Origin: a virus
Lineage: Duplodnaviria; Caudoviricetes
Length of the DNA stretch: 42,851 nucleotides
Virus record (IMG/VR): IMGVR_UViG_3300048856_000021
Coordinates: 1 to 42,851 of that record
Strand: one strand, 5' to 3'
The notes beneath the pieces were generated by a model. The model did not search any database, had not been told where the DNA came from, and worked only from the letters and a program-made list of their open reading frames with translations. The stretch's first letter is position 1; the number at the start of each line of letters is the position of its first letter. Below are positions 8,140-18,070 of this stretch, piece after piece. The translations under genes and the position numbers were made by a program.

Positions 8140-9138
8140 TCAGAACGAGACGACGCCGATCTGCACGCCGCTGGTCCGGATCGTGTCCGAGTCCTGGTCG
8201 GCGTCGAGGAACACCCGCAGGACGTTCGCACCGCCCTTCGTCCTCGCGATCCCTGACACGGAGAAGAAGATCCCCGCGCCACCCCGGATCCGCGACAGGC
8301 GGCACGACGACGGGTGGAGGACGTTCTCGTCGTTCAGCACCACCGACAGCAGCCCCGACGCATTGTTCTGATGCGCACCCACCGCCGTACCCGTCACGGT
8401 GATGAACACCAGCCGGTCGGCGTCGGTGGAGAACGACTCACCAGCGATCCGCACCCGCCCAGAAGCGGGGGTGACGTCCGTGTCGACGTTGTCGTCCGCG
8501 GAAGGCAGCGCGTCGATCGACTGCGCACGACGCCACTGCGGCGAAGACGCCGTACCCGACGACCGGTACGCGAAGTCCACGTCCACGCAGTACGCCTCCG
8601 TCCCACGGAGGAACAGCAGCGGGCTCATCTCCATGAGCGAAGCCTTCGAGTCCACCTGGATCGACGGGCGGATCGACGGCAGCGGAGAGAACAGGGTGGA
8701 CGCGGCGAGCGTCTGACCGGCGCCGCGGCTGAACTGGTGCAGCGTCAGGAACTCCTGCGTCCCGGACAGGGGTACCTCGGGACCCTTCAGCACGACGAGC
8801 TTGACCGGCAGGTCCACCGTCGGGTCGAATGCAGGGTCGGACGCCTTCCGCACCGCAGGGTTGTACAACAGCCCGACGTAGTAGCGAGTCGGGGAAGACA
8901 CCGCCGGCACCGGGAGCGTGATGTCCGCGTCCATCTGGTGCCCGTACCCGTTCACCAGGGCGCGCGCGAAGCCGGACGTCGTGGACTTCCGGATCGTCAC
9001 GGTGTCGTTCGTGTTCACAGTGATGCGGTACGGGGAACCCCAGTCGTCGAGGATGCCGTTCCCAACAGCACCAACCGTCTGCGCCCACGCACCATCCGTC
9101 AGCTTCTGATCGACGATCGGGAACGAGGTCTCCGTCAT
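8140..9138 (-). CDS. Minor tail protein
   Basis: MTETSFPI.. N-terminus typical of actinophage tail-tip proteins; synteny. Confidence 0.8.
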   Translation of the reverse strand: MTETSFPIVDQKLTDGAWAQTVGAVGNGILDDWGSPYRITVNTNDTVTIRKSTTSGFARALVNGYGHQMDADITLPVPAVSSPTRYYVGLLYNPAVRKASDPAFDPTVDLPVKLVVLKGPEVPLSGTQEFLTLHQFSRGAGQTLAASTLFSPLPSIRPSIQVDSKASLMEMSPLLFLRGTEAYCVDVDFAYRSSGTASSPQWRRAQSIDALPSADDNVDTDVTPASGRVRIAGESFSTDADRLVFITVTGTAVGAHQNNASGLLSVVLNDENVLHPSSCRLSRIRGGAGIFFSVSGIARTKGGANVLRVFLDADQDSDTIRTSGVQIGVVSF

Positions 9139-9150
9139 GATGGTCTCCTT

Positions 9151-10311
9151 CTAGATCGCCTGCAGCAGCCGGACGCTCTTCAGCGCCTTCGCCACACGTG
9201 TGTTCGTCTTCGTCGTCCACGCCGAGGAGTCCCTAGACCCGACTACCGCGGACACGGTCTCCGTCGGAGAACCTTCCTGCGCCTGCACTGTTGTCGTCAC
9301 CTCACGGACCAGGTTCGACAGGTCGAGACCGTCGATGAAGACACCGACCTTGTCGCCGACGAACCAGTCACGCCGGTACCAGACGTCCGGGGAGTCCGTG
9401 ATCGTGAACGACACTGACACCGGGGAGTCCCCGTCCGACAGTGCATCGTCGCCTGCATCGGCGAGCTCCGCCGCGACGGTGGTCTGCCGCTGGTCGATGA
9501 GCTGTTCGACCTTCGCACCCCACACCGCTTCAGCAGCGGTCGAGACACGCTCCGCGAACAGCCGCTGCTGGCCCTGACCGCCGCCCGCGACGATCGCGTC
9601 GGTGACGGTGGGGCGGGTCAGCGTGTACGACCAGTCCTCGCCGATGATCCCGCCGGTGAAGTCCCGCGTCGACCCGAACCTGACGTTCGCGGTGCGGTCG
9701 GTGATCGGCCGCACCGTGAACTGCAGGTAGGGGGCGTCGTCCTCGCCCTGCAATATGTCGACGTGCAACTTCCCGGACTCCGCGATGTCCGCGACGGTCG
9801 AACCAAGGAGGTCGAGGCGGCCCTTGATGGACACGTTCCGCCCACGCCCCAACGTCGCCGGCAACCGCAGCCGGGGTACGCGCCGTTCCGCTCGAGCGGC
9901 GTCCCCGGCGTTGAACCGGACGTAGCTGAGGAGCACCGACTCAGCAGGGCCCGACCGGTTGTCGTACGCGGTCGGTTGCGACGTGATCGGCGACGACGGG
10001 TCGGGAAACAGGATTCGGTCGTTGAGGACGTCGAGGTCCGACACCCCCGACACCGTCGACACGGTCGCACCGCGTTGGATGCTCGTGATCGGCCCGGACA
10101 TGACCAGCTGGTCACCACGGGTGAGGAGCACCCCGTTCCCGGGCGTCAGCAGCCCCGCCAAGCCCTCGTTCCGTGCGGTGACGGACCAAGTACCAGGGTC
10201 GGTGCCGGTGACGTTGTGCCGCTCCACGACGGTCAGCGAGGACCAGAACTTCACGGGGTCGTAGGAGCGGCGGAGGCTCTTGTCCCGCGGCTGGATCATC
10301 CACTGCGGCAT
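9151..10311 (-). CDS. Minor tail protein, ReqiPepy6 Gp37-like (hub/Tal-type)
   Basis: ERHN..GTW, VAGGQG..R, E..IDQR, YRRDWFVGDKV; synteny after Dit. Confidence 0.85.
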   Translation of the reverse strand: MPQWMIQPRDKSLRRSYDPVKFWSSLTVVERHNVTGTDPGTWSVTARNEGLAGLLTPGNGVLLTRGDQLVMSGPITSIQRGATVSTVSGVSDLDVLNDRILFPDPSSPITSQPTAYDNRSGPAESVLLSYVRFNAGDAARAERRVPRLRLPATLGRGRNVSIKGRLDLLGSTVADIAESGKLHVDILQGEDDAPYLQFTVRPITDRTANVRFGSTRDFTGGIIGEDWSYTLTRPTVTDAIVAGGGQGQQRLFAERVSTAAEAVWGAKVEQLIDQRQTTVAAELADAGDDALSDGDSPVSVSFTITDSPDVWYRRDWFVGDKVGVFIDGLDLSNLVREVTTTVQAQEGSPTETVSAVVGSRDSSAWTTKTNTRVAKALKSVRLLQAI

Positions 10312-10324
10312 GCGACCTCCCAGA

Positions 10325-11404
10325 TCAGAACGCTGCGAGCCAGCGCTCGAGCCATCGGACGGTCATCGACGTGTCCGCCCCAGCCGAACCGAGCTGCACG
10401 TTCACGCTGTTCATCCCCGGCCGGAGCGGAGCGAACGTCGAAGTGGGTGAGATGTACGGCCACGCCACCTGCCCGCCGAGACGAGCAGACCGGCGCCGAG
10501 GATCCGTGATCAGCACCAGTTCCTGGCCGTCAGCGACCGACGACGTCATCGTCATGTTCGTGCCAGGGAAGCTGAGCTCCGCGATCGTCGCGGGACCATC
10601 GACGAACACTTCCACCCACGCCGGTACGTCACCCTGCACCGCCATCTGCATGCCGTTGCCGATCGTCACCGAAGCGGAAATCGACCGCGGCCACACGTTG
10701 TCGTCGGTGGAGGAGAGGAACACTTCCCCGTCGGCGATGCCGTACGTGAACGACGTGTACTCCCGGGCGTGGAAGAACGGATCCACCGCGAGGAGTGTCA
10801 GCCCGAAGTTCTCGAACCGCGTCCCGCCGGCAGACCCGCCGTGTTCACCCGTCCACCCGTCCTTGTAGACGACGTCGAGTAGCCGTTCCCCGTTCAGGGA
10901 GGACACCCCGAGGCGGAAGGTGCCCGTGTCGCCCACGTTCACCAGGTCCCACATCGGGGCGATCAGCCCGCGGAGCTCGGTCAGCTTCCCCATGAACTCC
11001 GCATGGGACGTGTCGGATGCGAACTTCAACGGGAGGAACACTTCCCGCTCGTCGACGTTCACCTCCTGCAACGACGACCCTGGCATACCGGGAGTCTTGA
11101 TCGTCACCACGTCCAGCGGGGGCAACTGCAGACCAGTCGCCCCCGCCTTCAGGATCCGGTCCACGTCAACGTTCAACGGGACAACGAGGGACCCGTCCAT
11201 CGACTCGAGCCAGATCCGGCGTGTGTCTTCCCGCACGAGGACGGGCGGGGTGGTAGGGAAGTCGGGCCCGGTGGGGCCGTTCCCGTCGAGGGTGTCGACG
11301 AACTCGTCCGCCGGCCCACCACCATCGATCGTGTCGGTGATGGTGAGCGACGGTGACCCGCCGCTGATCAGTGTCGCCACAAGATGCCTCCGATCAACGG
11401 CCAC
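10325..11404 (-). CDS. Distal tail protein (Dit-like)
   Basis: Follows the tape measure; GL.LPP, REVFLPL, L.A.DPFF, GDVPAW, L.PG.N motifs. Confidence 0.8.
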   Translation of the reverse strand: MAVDRRHLVATLISGGSPSLTITDTIDGGGPADEFVDTLDGNGPTGPDFPTTPPVLVREDTRRIWLESMDGSLVVPLNVDVDRILKAGATGLQLPPLDVVTIKTPGMPGSSLQEVNVDEREVFLPLKFASDTSHAEFMGKLTELRGLIAPMWDLVNVGDTGTFRLGVSSLNGERLLDVVYKDGWTGEHGGSAGGTRFENFGLTLLAVDPFFHAREYTSFTYGIADGEVFLSSTDDNVWPRSISASVTIGNGMQMAVQGDVPAWVEVFVDGPATIAELSFPGTNMTMTSSVADGQELVLITDPRRRSARLGGQVAWPYISPTSTFAPLRPGMNSVNVQLGSAGADTSMTVRWLERWLAAF

Positions 11405-14400
11405 CCGTCAGTACTTCGATCTCGTGCGTCTTCTGCATGAAGTCACGGAGCGTGACGTCGCGGCCCTCGTTGTGGAAGTGCGGCTCCCAGTGCTTGGTGC
11501 CGCCACCACCCTCGGTCGAGACGATCTCCCGCAGCGTCTGCATCGGCAGCGCCACCTCCGGGTCGCGGAGGTTGTTCTGCACCAGAGACAGCCCCTGCGG
11601 CAACACACCGCCCTTGTCGTACAAGGTGGGCGTCAGACCGCCGACGATGCCACCAGCGGCCATACCGCCAGCAGCCTTGCCGCCCTTGTACTCGAAGTGC
11701 CACGGCTCACGCTGCGCGAACGACAGTCCCGTCGGGTACCAGCCGAACCGAGGACCATTCGCACGCATCCACGCCTGCGAACCGCCACCAACGTCAGCAG
11801 CGAGCCCGTACCCGTGGACCGACGTGCCAGGCGTCGCCGCAAGGTTCCCGCGGCCAGCCCGGTACGCGGAGTACCGCATCTGCTGGTTCGCGAGATCCCG
11901 ATACCCCTCCGTCAACGACAGGCCACCACCGAACGCCCGCTGCATCGCCTCCCACGCGACCGCAGCAGCCTTCCGGAGATACCCGCCGATCGGGCCGACA
12001 CCAGGACCACCGGTGAACCCGGACACCTTCGACAGCGCCGACTTCGGCAGCTGCCCGTTCGCACCAGAGCCGCCGAAGTTCCCGAGCCCGTCAGCGGCGC
12101 CACCCATCGCCTTCAACGCGGACACTGCCCCGTCGAGGAGCTTCGTTCCCATGCCGCCAGCGACGTCGACCATGCGTCCAGCGCCCGGGATCCCGCCGAT
12201 GGCGGACTTCACGAGCTTGCCGAGGGTCCCCATCGGGTCCGAGACGACCTGCGCTGCGGTCTCCGCAGCGTTCTTCGTCCAGTCCCATGCGTTCCCAGCG
12301 GCACCCTTGGTCCAGTTCCAAGCAGCCTTCGCACCGGACAGGAGTCCGTTGCCGTTGCCGCCATCCGAGCCGGAGCTCTTCTTGACGACGCCACCCTTCG
12401 CGTACCCGGTCATCTTCCGCACCGCCGAAGCGCCACCGGAGTTGCCGGCAGCGTTCAATGCGTGCACGGTGGACGGGCCGAGACCACGCACCACCTCGGG
12501 GACGAGGACACCCTCACCGCGGCGCATCGGCGTCATCACGTCGTCACGCTTCGCAGCCTGGTAGCCAGGGATGACGCCACCTCGAGCGAACCCGGATGGC
12601 AGATCGATCGGGTCGATCCTCTTCTTGACCCCGAATGCTTTCGCCACGTTGTTGAACGGCTTGATGAGCGAGTCGTTCACGACTGTGTTGACGACGAACT
12701 TGATCGGCGCCTTGGCAGCCGTCTTGACGGCCTCCCAAGCCCGCTTGATGCCATCCTTCATCACGTTGAACGCTGCTGGGATGGTTGTCTTGGCAACCGT
12801 CGTCAGCTTGTCGAAGACGGGCTTCAGCCAGTCCCAGACCGTCTTGATGGCTGTCTTGATGCCGTCCCAAGCAGGCTTGATCGCGTTGCGATACAGCCAC
12901 GTGAATGCCGCACCGAGGGTGCCGCGGATGAACGTGACCGCCGTGTTGAAGATCAGGCTTGTCGTGGCCCACCAGAGCCGGATCGCCCCGGTGATCCATC
13001 CGACAACCGGCTGCACCACAGATGCCCAGAGCCACGTGAACGCGACACCGAGCACGTTCCGGATGAAACCGACCGCGATGTTGAACACCGCGGACGTGAC
13101 CGCCCAGAACCAACGCGCCCCAGCCACGATGCCCGCCCACGCCACCCGTGCGACGCCCGCGAGGAACGTGAACACCGGAGCAAGAGCGAACTTCACCATC
13201 GCGATGACGAGTTCGAAAATCGCGGAGATCGTGTTGCCGAACCAACCGGCGACTGCAGCGATGCCGCGGAACACGGGCATGGTGACGTTCTGCCACCACC
13301 AGGTGAAGACGGAGGCGACCGCGCGGACCACAGCCGAGATACCCGAGAAGACAGGCTTCAGGACCGTGTTCCACGTCCACATCGCCGCAGCGGCGATGCC
13401 CTGCCACGCGGGCACGAACACCGTCTGCCACAGCCACACAGCTGCAGCTCCGACAGCCTTCGCGCCGACCTGGATGCCGGACCAGATGGCATCGACACCT
13501 GTCTTGAACCAACCGAGGTTCTTGTACGCCCAGATCACACCGGCGACCAGCAGACCGATTGCGGTGATGATGAGACCGATCGGGTTGGCCCGCAGAGCGA
13601 AGTTGAACGCCTTCTGCGCACCGACCGCGAGCCACGTGGCAAACGTCCACGCCTTCTGAGCAGCAGCGACAATCCGGATCTGCGACGCCCACGCTGCGAA
13701 ACCGCCAGCAGTGACGATCTTCTGCTGCAGGATCCACGCCTTGTACGACAGGACGAGGCCGCCGATCGCCGCCGCCAACGCGATCACTGCGACCTTGTTG
13801 TTCCGCATGAAACTGGTGACAGCGACGAGTCCCGGCCCGATGAACCGAAGGACTGCAGCAGCCGCGCGGAACGCGAGGAGGAAAGCCCCACCGATGATCG
13901 CGGCGACCGGGCCGATCGCGACCAGCAGGTTCTTGAACGACGGCACGAGAGCAGTCGTCACGAACGTCCGCACGTCGTTCAACGCATCGACGACGACCTG
14001 CCGTGCGGCGAGGATCGCTTTCACCTGAGGCGAGTCCGGGACGAAGTTCGTGGTCGCCGTCAGACCCAGCGACACCTTCCCGGTGAAGGCGAGCGTGCCA
14101 AGGCCGCCCATCAGGTCGAGGAAGTTCGTGACCTTGCTACCGGCGCCGTCGAGGCCCTTCGCAGCACCGTTCGCGATGCCCTCGAGGGCAGGGGTCACGG
14201 TCTGGTAGATGCCGAGCGCGACGTCTTCAAGCTGCGACTGCAGCTTATCCATCGCACCGCCGAGACCCTTCATCTTCGACTGCGCGACTGCAGCTGCGCC
14301 GCCCTGACGGGTCACCGCGCCGGCCATGCTGTCAAAGTTCGTGGCACCGGTCTTCGCGAGGGCGGCGACCGCAGCAAGCGGCTCACGGCCGAACGCGAGG

Positions 14401-15761
14401 ACCGCCTGGGACGCGAAGTCCTCCTGCGTCATCACCTTGCGCGCTTCGGAGAGCTGCTCGATGACGGTGCGGAGACCGACGAAACGGCCTTCCTGGTCGA
14501 AGACGGACAGGTTCAGCGAGTCGACGGCCTTCTGCGCCTGCTTCGACGGCCGCGCCAGGGACGCGAGCATGCCACGGAGGGCGGTACCTGCCGTGTCGCC
14601 CTTCAGACCGTTGTTCGCGAGGATGCCGATCGCCGACGCGGTGTCGGAGATGCTGATGCCGAGGGTGTTCGCGACGGGGCCGACGTACTTCATCGACAGG
14701 GCGATGTCGTCGACACCACCGGCGGCAGCGTTCGCGGTGTTCGCGAGGACGTCGGCGACCATCGCAGCGTCCTTCGCGGCGAGCCCGAACTGGTTGAGGG
14801 AGTTCGCCTGGATCTCTGCAGCACGCCCACCGGACACCTGCGCTGCAGCAGCGAGCTGGATCGTGCCCTTCGCTGCTTCCATCGCGTCACGGGCAGAGAG
14901 ACCGCCCTTGGCGAGCTCGAGCATGATGTCCGCAGCGTCCTTGCCAGACGTCGCGGGAAGAGTGAGGTCGGAACCCAACTCGCGGGCGGTACGCCCAACT
15001 TCGATCATCTGCTTGCCGGTGAGGTTCGCGACTGCCTGCAGCTCGTTCATCGTCGCCGTGTACTCGTTGCCGAGCTTGATGACCTGCCCAGCGCCGATGA
15101 TCGCGCCGAACCCGGCAGCCATCCCCGCGAGCGGCTTCAGTGTTGCCAGAGCCGTGGCCGCGACGTTCTTCGCACCAGCAGCGACCTTCCCCAGCCCAGA
15201 GGACAGAGGAGCGCCGGCCGCGGCGAGCTTCGAGAACCGTCCCGTCATCAACGCGGACTGCTTCGACGCCTGACCCTGCGCCGCAGACAACTGCCCAGTG
15301 ACCGTCTTCTGCTCGTTGAACGCAGCCTTCAGCTGGTCCTCGACCGCAACGACCTTCATGCCGGCGGTCTGCTGCTTACCGCGCGCGGACGTGAGCTGCT
15401 GCTCCGCCTTCAACGCCTGCGACGACGAAGCCGCGTACTTCTTCCGCTGCTCAGCGAGACGAGCCTCAGCCGCCTGCACACCGACAGCGGCAGCCTTCTC
15501 CTCCGAACGCGCCTTCGCGATCGCGACCTTCTCCGCCTGCACGACCTTCGCGGCACGCTTCGACGCGACCTCGAGCTCCTGCACGAGAGTCTTCGCCGCC
15601 GACGTGGATCCGCCAGCCGTCATGGCGGCAGAGAACTGCTTGCCCGCAGCCAGACCCGCAGCTCTCGCCGCGGGTCTGGTCTGCTTCGCCAGCATCGGAC
15701 CAAAATTGCGGGCGGTAGGGAGGACGTCGAGCCATACGGCCGAACCGGTACCAACGCCCAC
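11394..15761 (-). CDS. Tail tape measure protein with C-terminal M15-like peptidase domain
   Basis: About 1455 aa, Ala-rich; TP901-type core (MKYVGPVA..G.KGDTAGTALR), NPIGLIITAI, Trp-periodic repeats, FARGG; TPGTSVHGYGLAAD..EPWHFEY; GTG 15761 with GGAG. Confidence 0.95.
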   Translation of the reverse strand: MGVGTGSAVWLDVLPTARNFGPMLAKQTRPAARAAGLAAGKQFSAAMTAGGSTSAAKTLVQELEVASKRAAKVVQAEKVAIAKARSEEKAAAVGVQAAEARLAEQRKKYAASSSQALKAEQQLTSARGKQQTAGMKVVAVEDQLKAAFNEQKTVTGQLSAAQGQASKQSALMTGRFSKLAAAGAPLSSGLGKVAAGAKNVAATALATLKPLAGMAAGFGAIIGAGQVIKLGNEYTATMNELQAVANLTGKQMIEVGRTARELGSDLTLPATSGKDAADIMLELAKGGLSARDAMEAAKGTIQLAAAAQVSGGRAAEIQANSLNQFGLAAKDAAMVADVLANTANAAAGGVDDIALSMKYVGPVANTLGISISDTASAIGILANNGLKGDTAGTALRGMLASLARPSKQAQKAVDSLNLSVFDQEGRFVGLRTVIEQLSEARKVMTQEDFASQAVLAFGREPLAAVAALAKTGATNFDSMAGAVTRQGGAAAVAQSKMKGLGGAMDKLQSQLEDVALGIYQTVTPALEGIANGAAKGLDGAGSKVTNFLDLMGGLGTLAFTGKVSLGLTATTNFVPDSPQVKAILAARQVVVDALNDVRTFVTTALVPSFKNLLVAIGPVAAIIGGAFLLAFRAAAAVLRFIGPGLVAVTSFMRNNKVAVIALAAAIGGLVLSYKAWILQQKIVTAGGFAAWASQIRIVAAAQKAWTFATWLAVGAQKAFNFALRANPIGLIITAIGLLVAGVIWAYKNLGWFKTGVDAIWSGIQVGAKAVGAAAVWLWQTVFVPAWQGIAAAAMWTWNTVLKPVFSGISAVVRAVASVFTWWWQNVTMPVFRGIAAVAGWFGNTISAIFELVIAMVKFALAPVFTFLAGVARVAWAGIVAGARWFWAVTSAVFNIAVGFIRNVLGVAFTWLWASVVQPVVGWITGAIRLWWATTSLIFNTAVTFIRGTLGAAFTWLYRNAIKPAWDGIKTAIKTVWDWLKPVFDKLTTVAKTTIPAAFNVMKDGIKRAWEAVKTAAKAPIKFVVNTVVNDSLIKPFNNVAKAFGVKKRIDPIDLPSGFARGGVIPGYQAAKRDDVMTPMRRGEGVLVPEVVRGLGPSTVHALNAAGNSGGASAVRKMTGYAKGGVVKKSSGSDGGNGNGLLSGAKAAWNWTKGAAGNAWDWTKNAAETAAQVVSDPMGTLGKLVKSAIGGIPGAGRMVDVAGGMGTKLLDGAVSALKAMGGAADGLGNFGGSGANGQLPKSALSKVSGFTGGPGVGPIGGYLRKAAAVAWEAMQRAFGGGLSLTEGYRDLANQQMRYSAYRAGRGNLAATPGTSVHGYGLAADVGGGSQAWMRANGPRFGWYPTGLSFAQREPWHFEYKGGKAAGGMAAGGIVGGLTPTLYDKGGVLPQGLSLVQNNLRDPEVALPMQTLREIVSTEGGGGTKHWEPHFHNEGRDVTLRDFMQKTHEIEVLTGGR

Positions 15762-15776
15762 AGCGCACTCCAATGT

Positions 15777-16274
15777 CTAGTTGTTGACGAACCAGCCCGC
15801 CTCAACGACGGCCATCTCGGCCCGCTGCCGCGCCAAGTACTCGGCGTCCGCTTCGTCCCGCTCCGTGGGTTCCACGACAGGGGCGGGCAACAGGTCCGGC
15901 TTCGGGATGGCCGACTTCGACAGCGCCGACTGCACCGTGTACAGCAGGACCCGCATGATCGAGTTCGTGTCCCGGGCGATCCAGTCCGAGTCCTGCCAGT
16001 CCGTGTCCCGGTGGGCACGGTGGAACGCTGAATCGGTGGGTAGACCTTCGACGAGGACCCTCAACTGCCAGGTCTTGATGCGCCCCTGCAAGTACTCCGC
16101 CAACGGGTCCCGCGGCGAGTACGTCGACTGCAGCGCAGCATCCCCAGGACCCTGATGGTCACCGAAGAGCCGCAGCATCGCCTCGGTGCGGACCTGCACA
16201 GCGACGGGGTGCGTCGCTGGCAGGTCCGCGATCTCGAGGTCGAACTCGTCGAGGTCTACCCCCGTCAGTTTCCC
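15777..16274 (-). CDS. Tail assembly chaperone gpT part, reached by -1 frameshift (gpGT = 16594 to 15777)
   Basis: The -1 frame is open from the slippery site G GGA AAC through KLTGVDLDEFDLEIADLPATHPVAVQVRTEAML to the stop at 15777. Confidence 0.85.
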   Translation of the reverse strand, partial: GKLTGVDLDEFDLEIADLPATHPVAVQVRTEAMLRLFGDHQGPGDAALQSTYSPRDPLAEYLQGRIKTWQLRVLVEGLPTDSAFHRAHRDTDWQDSDWIARDTNSIMRVLLYTVQSALSKSAIPKPDLLPAPVVEPTERDEADAEYLARQRAEMAVVEAGWFVNN

Positions 16275-16594
16275 TGGGTCTTCTTCAGGTCCTGCTGCAC
16301 GGCGACCATGACGATGTTGAGGGCGTCGTCCGTGCCGCCGGCAGCGATGAATCGGTCGTACTGCTCATCGCCGAGGAGGATGCGGCCCTGGGCCTCGTCG
16401 TCCTCGTCGTCCATCTCCTTGAAGGCCTTCTTCGTGGCCTTGTCGTAGAAGTAGGGGTGCGGGATGTAGAACGGCTCCCCGCCCTCTTCGACGAAGATCT
16501 CGATGCGGTCACCGCCGACGGACTCCTCGACCTTCCGCCGAGCGGCGGCGAGGGTGTACGACGTGCGACGGTTCTTGTCAGCCTGACTGGTCAT
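16265..16594 (-). CDS. Tail assembly chaperone gpG
   Basis: Between major tail and tape measure; LLGDEQYDRF..AGG; ends CAG GGA AAC TGA. Confidence 0.88.
   Translation of the reverse strand: MTSQADKNRRTSYTLAAARRKVEESVGGDRIEIFVEEGGEPFYIPHPYFYDKATKKAFKEMDDEDDEAQGRILLGDEQYDRFIAAGGTDDALNIVMVAVQQDLKKTQGN
16268..16274 (-). promoter_or_regulatory. Programmed -1 ribosomal frameshift site GGGAAAC
   Basis: X XXY YYZ heptamer in the correct phase immediately before the gpG stop. Confidence 0.88.
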
Positions 16595-16600
16595 GCGGGT

Positions 16601-16679
16601 CTCCTAGTGAGCTTGGTGAGCTCGTGAGCAGGGGTAACAGGTGGCGGCGGCGCAGCTCACCAAACGACGCCGCCACCTG
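16601..16679 (-). promoter_or_regulatory. Hairpin/pseudoknot-capable RNA element upstream of the chaperone RBS
   Basis: 12-bp perfect stem 16638-16649/16668-16679; loop 16654-16663 is the exact reverse complement of 16613-16622. Confidence 0.6.
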
Positions 16680-16695
16680 GTCTTGGGGGGAGGGG

Positions 16696-17322
16696 TCAAC
16701 CGCCGGAGACGACGACGCCGCCAGCAGCGGTCTGCGCCTCCGTGTACGACTTCCCGACGATCGGGTCCTCGTAGATCGTGAACGTGCGGTTCACCTCTTC
16801 GACGTCGGACCGGTTCAGGGCCCGGTCGTCGATGTCGGTGACCTTGATCCGGTACGCGGCCTCGACGCGGTACACGGCGGAGTCGCCGACACCGTCCTGC
16901 GACAGGGTGATCGCCCGGTAGTACGGGTACTCACCCGACGTCTCGTCGTAGATCCACGCCGCGTTCTTGTCCGCCGGCCACTCCGACACGGGCTGCTTGT
17001 AGGCCAGCGCCTTCGTCCACCCGTTCGTCTCACCGAACGCCACCTGGAAGGTGTGCGTCTCCGATGTGACGTCCGATCGGACCGACTGCGTGGTCTGCAG
17101 CATGTTCGTCTCGTCCGACGACACGTCGTACGAGTGCGAGATGCCGTCGGTGGTGATGTAGCCCATGTTCTTGTAGCCGGTGGGCAGCGCGATCGGCTTC
17201 CCGTCGGTGGCGAAGAACGCTTCGGGGATGGCAGTGGAGTAGTCCGCGATCGCAAGGATCGTGGTACCCCACTTGTGGACGTTGCGGTTGTCGTTGGCCA
17301 GCTGGCCAATCACGTCAGGCAT
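16696..17322 (-). CDS. Major tail protein
   Basis: LPTGYKNMGYITTDGI..VRSDVT; AAGGAG RBS; synteny. Confidence 0.9.
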   Translation of the reverse strand: MPDVIGQLANDNRNVHKWGTTILAIADYSTAIPEAFFATDGKPIALPTGYKNMGYITTDGISHSYDVSSDETNMLQTTQSVRSDVTSETHTFQVAFGETNGWTKALAYKQPVSEWPADKNAAWIYDETSGEYPYYRAITLSQDGVGDSAVYRVEAAYRIKVTDIDDRALNRSDVEEVNRTFTIYEDPIVGKSYTEAQTAAGGVVVSGG

Positions 17323-17335
17323 GCGTTCTCCTTGA

Positions 17336-17365
17336 ACGACAAAGCCGCCCGACGTGCGGACGGCT
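17336..17365 (-). terminator. Terminator-like hairpin upstream of the major tail gene
   Basis: AGCCGTCCG-N5-CGGGCGGCT followed by TTGTCGTT. Confidence 0.55.
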
Positions 17366-17393
17366 GAATGGATGATGAGTGTTGGTGAGCGGC

Positions 17394-17762
17394 CTATTGG
17401 GGGCGCGCGTCGAGCTCGTACGTGCCGACAGCACGACGCAGCGCCGTGTTCGAGTACGCGACGTTCCCGAACGAGTCCGACTCGCGGACCTCGTCGAAGA
17501 GGTTGCAGAGAACCATCGCGACTTCGACTTTCTGCACGAGATCCCACACGGCGCCGCGGGTCTTCGCGAACACCGTCAGATCGACGTGGAACGTCTTCTC
17601 GTAGTCGCGGCCGAACCCGCCAGGGATCCGCTCCACGACGATGCACGGCGCCACGGTCTCGAGGTTCGACGGGGTCTCCGTGTACGTCGCAGCGCCCGTC
17701 TCCTGCTTCAAGTAAGCGAGGAGCACACGCTCCACGTTGGGCCACACCCCGTACACGTTCAT
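17394..17762 (-). CDS. Tail terminator
   Basis: WPNVE..L..YL, P.IVVERIPGG; position before major tail. Confidence 0.75.
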   Translation of the reverse strand: MNVYGVWPNVERVLLAYLKQETGAATYTETPSNLETVAPCIVVERIPGGFGRDYEKTFHVDLTVFAKTRGAVWDLVQKVEVAMVLCNLFDEVRESDSFGNVAYSNTALRRAVGTYELDARPQ

Positions 17763-18070
17763 GCGCCCATCGCTCTCCGCAGGATCGCCTGCTTCGACAC
17801 ACCCACGTCGCCGTGCTCCACCTGAGTCGCGTCAGCAGACGTCGCGATCACACGAGCGAAGGGACGCTTGTACCCGCCGTTCGCCTTCGTGCCAGGACGA
17901 GTGCCCTCCTCCACACGGAGAGAATCACCGAACTGCTTCGCACCAGCCGCGTACGCCAGCCGTTGCGCGCGCGGCAGGATCCGGTCCGCCTTGTCCCGCA
18001 TCGCCGTCCGCACCGCAGGGTTCCGGACCGCCTGATCGATGATCCCCCGGCCAATGACGACCTTCGGCAT
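17759..18070 (-). CDS. Neck/tail completion protein (HK97 gp10-like)
   Basis: R..ARV......A..VEHG......ILRRA; synteny. Confidence 0.75.
   Translation of the reverse strand: MPKVVIGRGIIDQAVRNPAVRTAMRDKADRILPRAQRLAYAAGAKQFGDSLRVEEGTRPGTKANGGYKRPFARVIATSADATQVEHGDVGVSKQAILRRAMGA

Noticed and set aside
10920-16031. 1703-aa + strand ORF
   Set aside because: Antisense shadow of the tape measure and Dit genes; stop-poor reverse frames are expected at high GC, and it has no recognisable motifs or RBS
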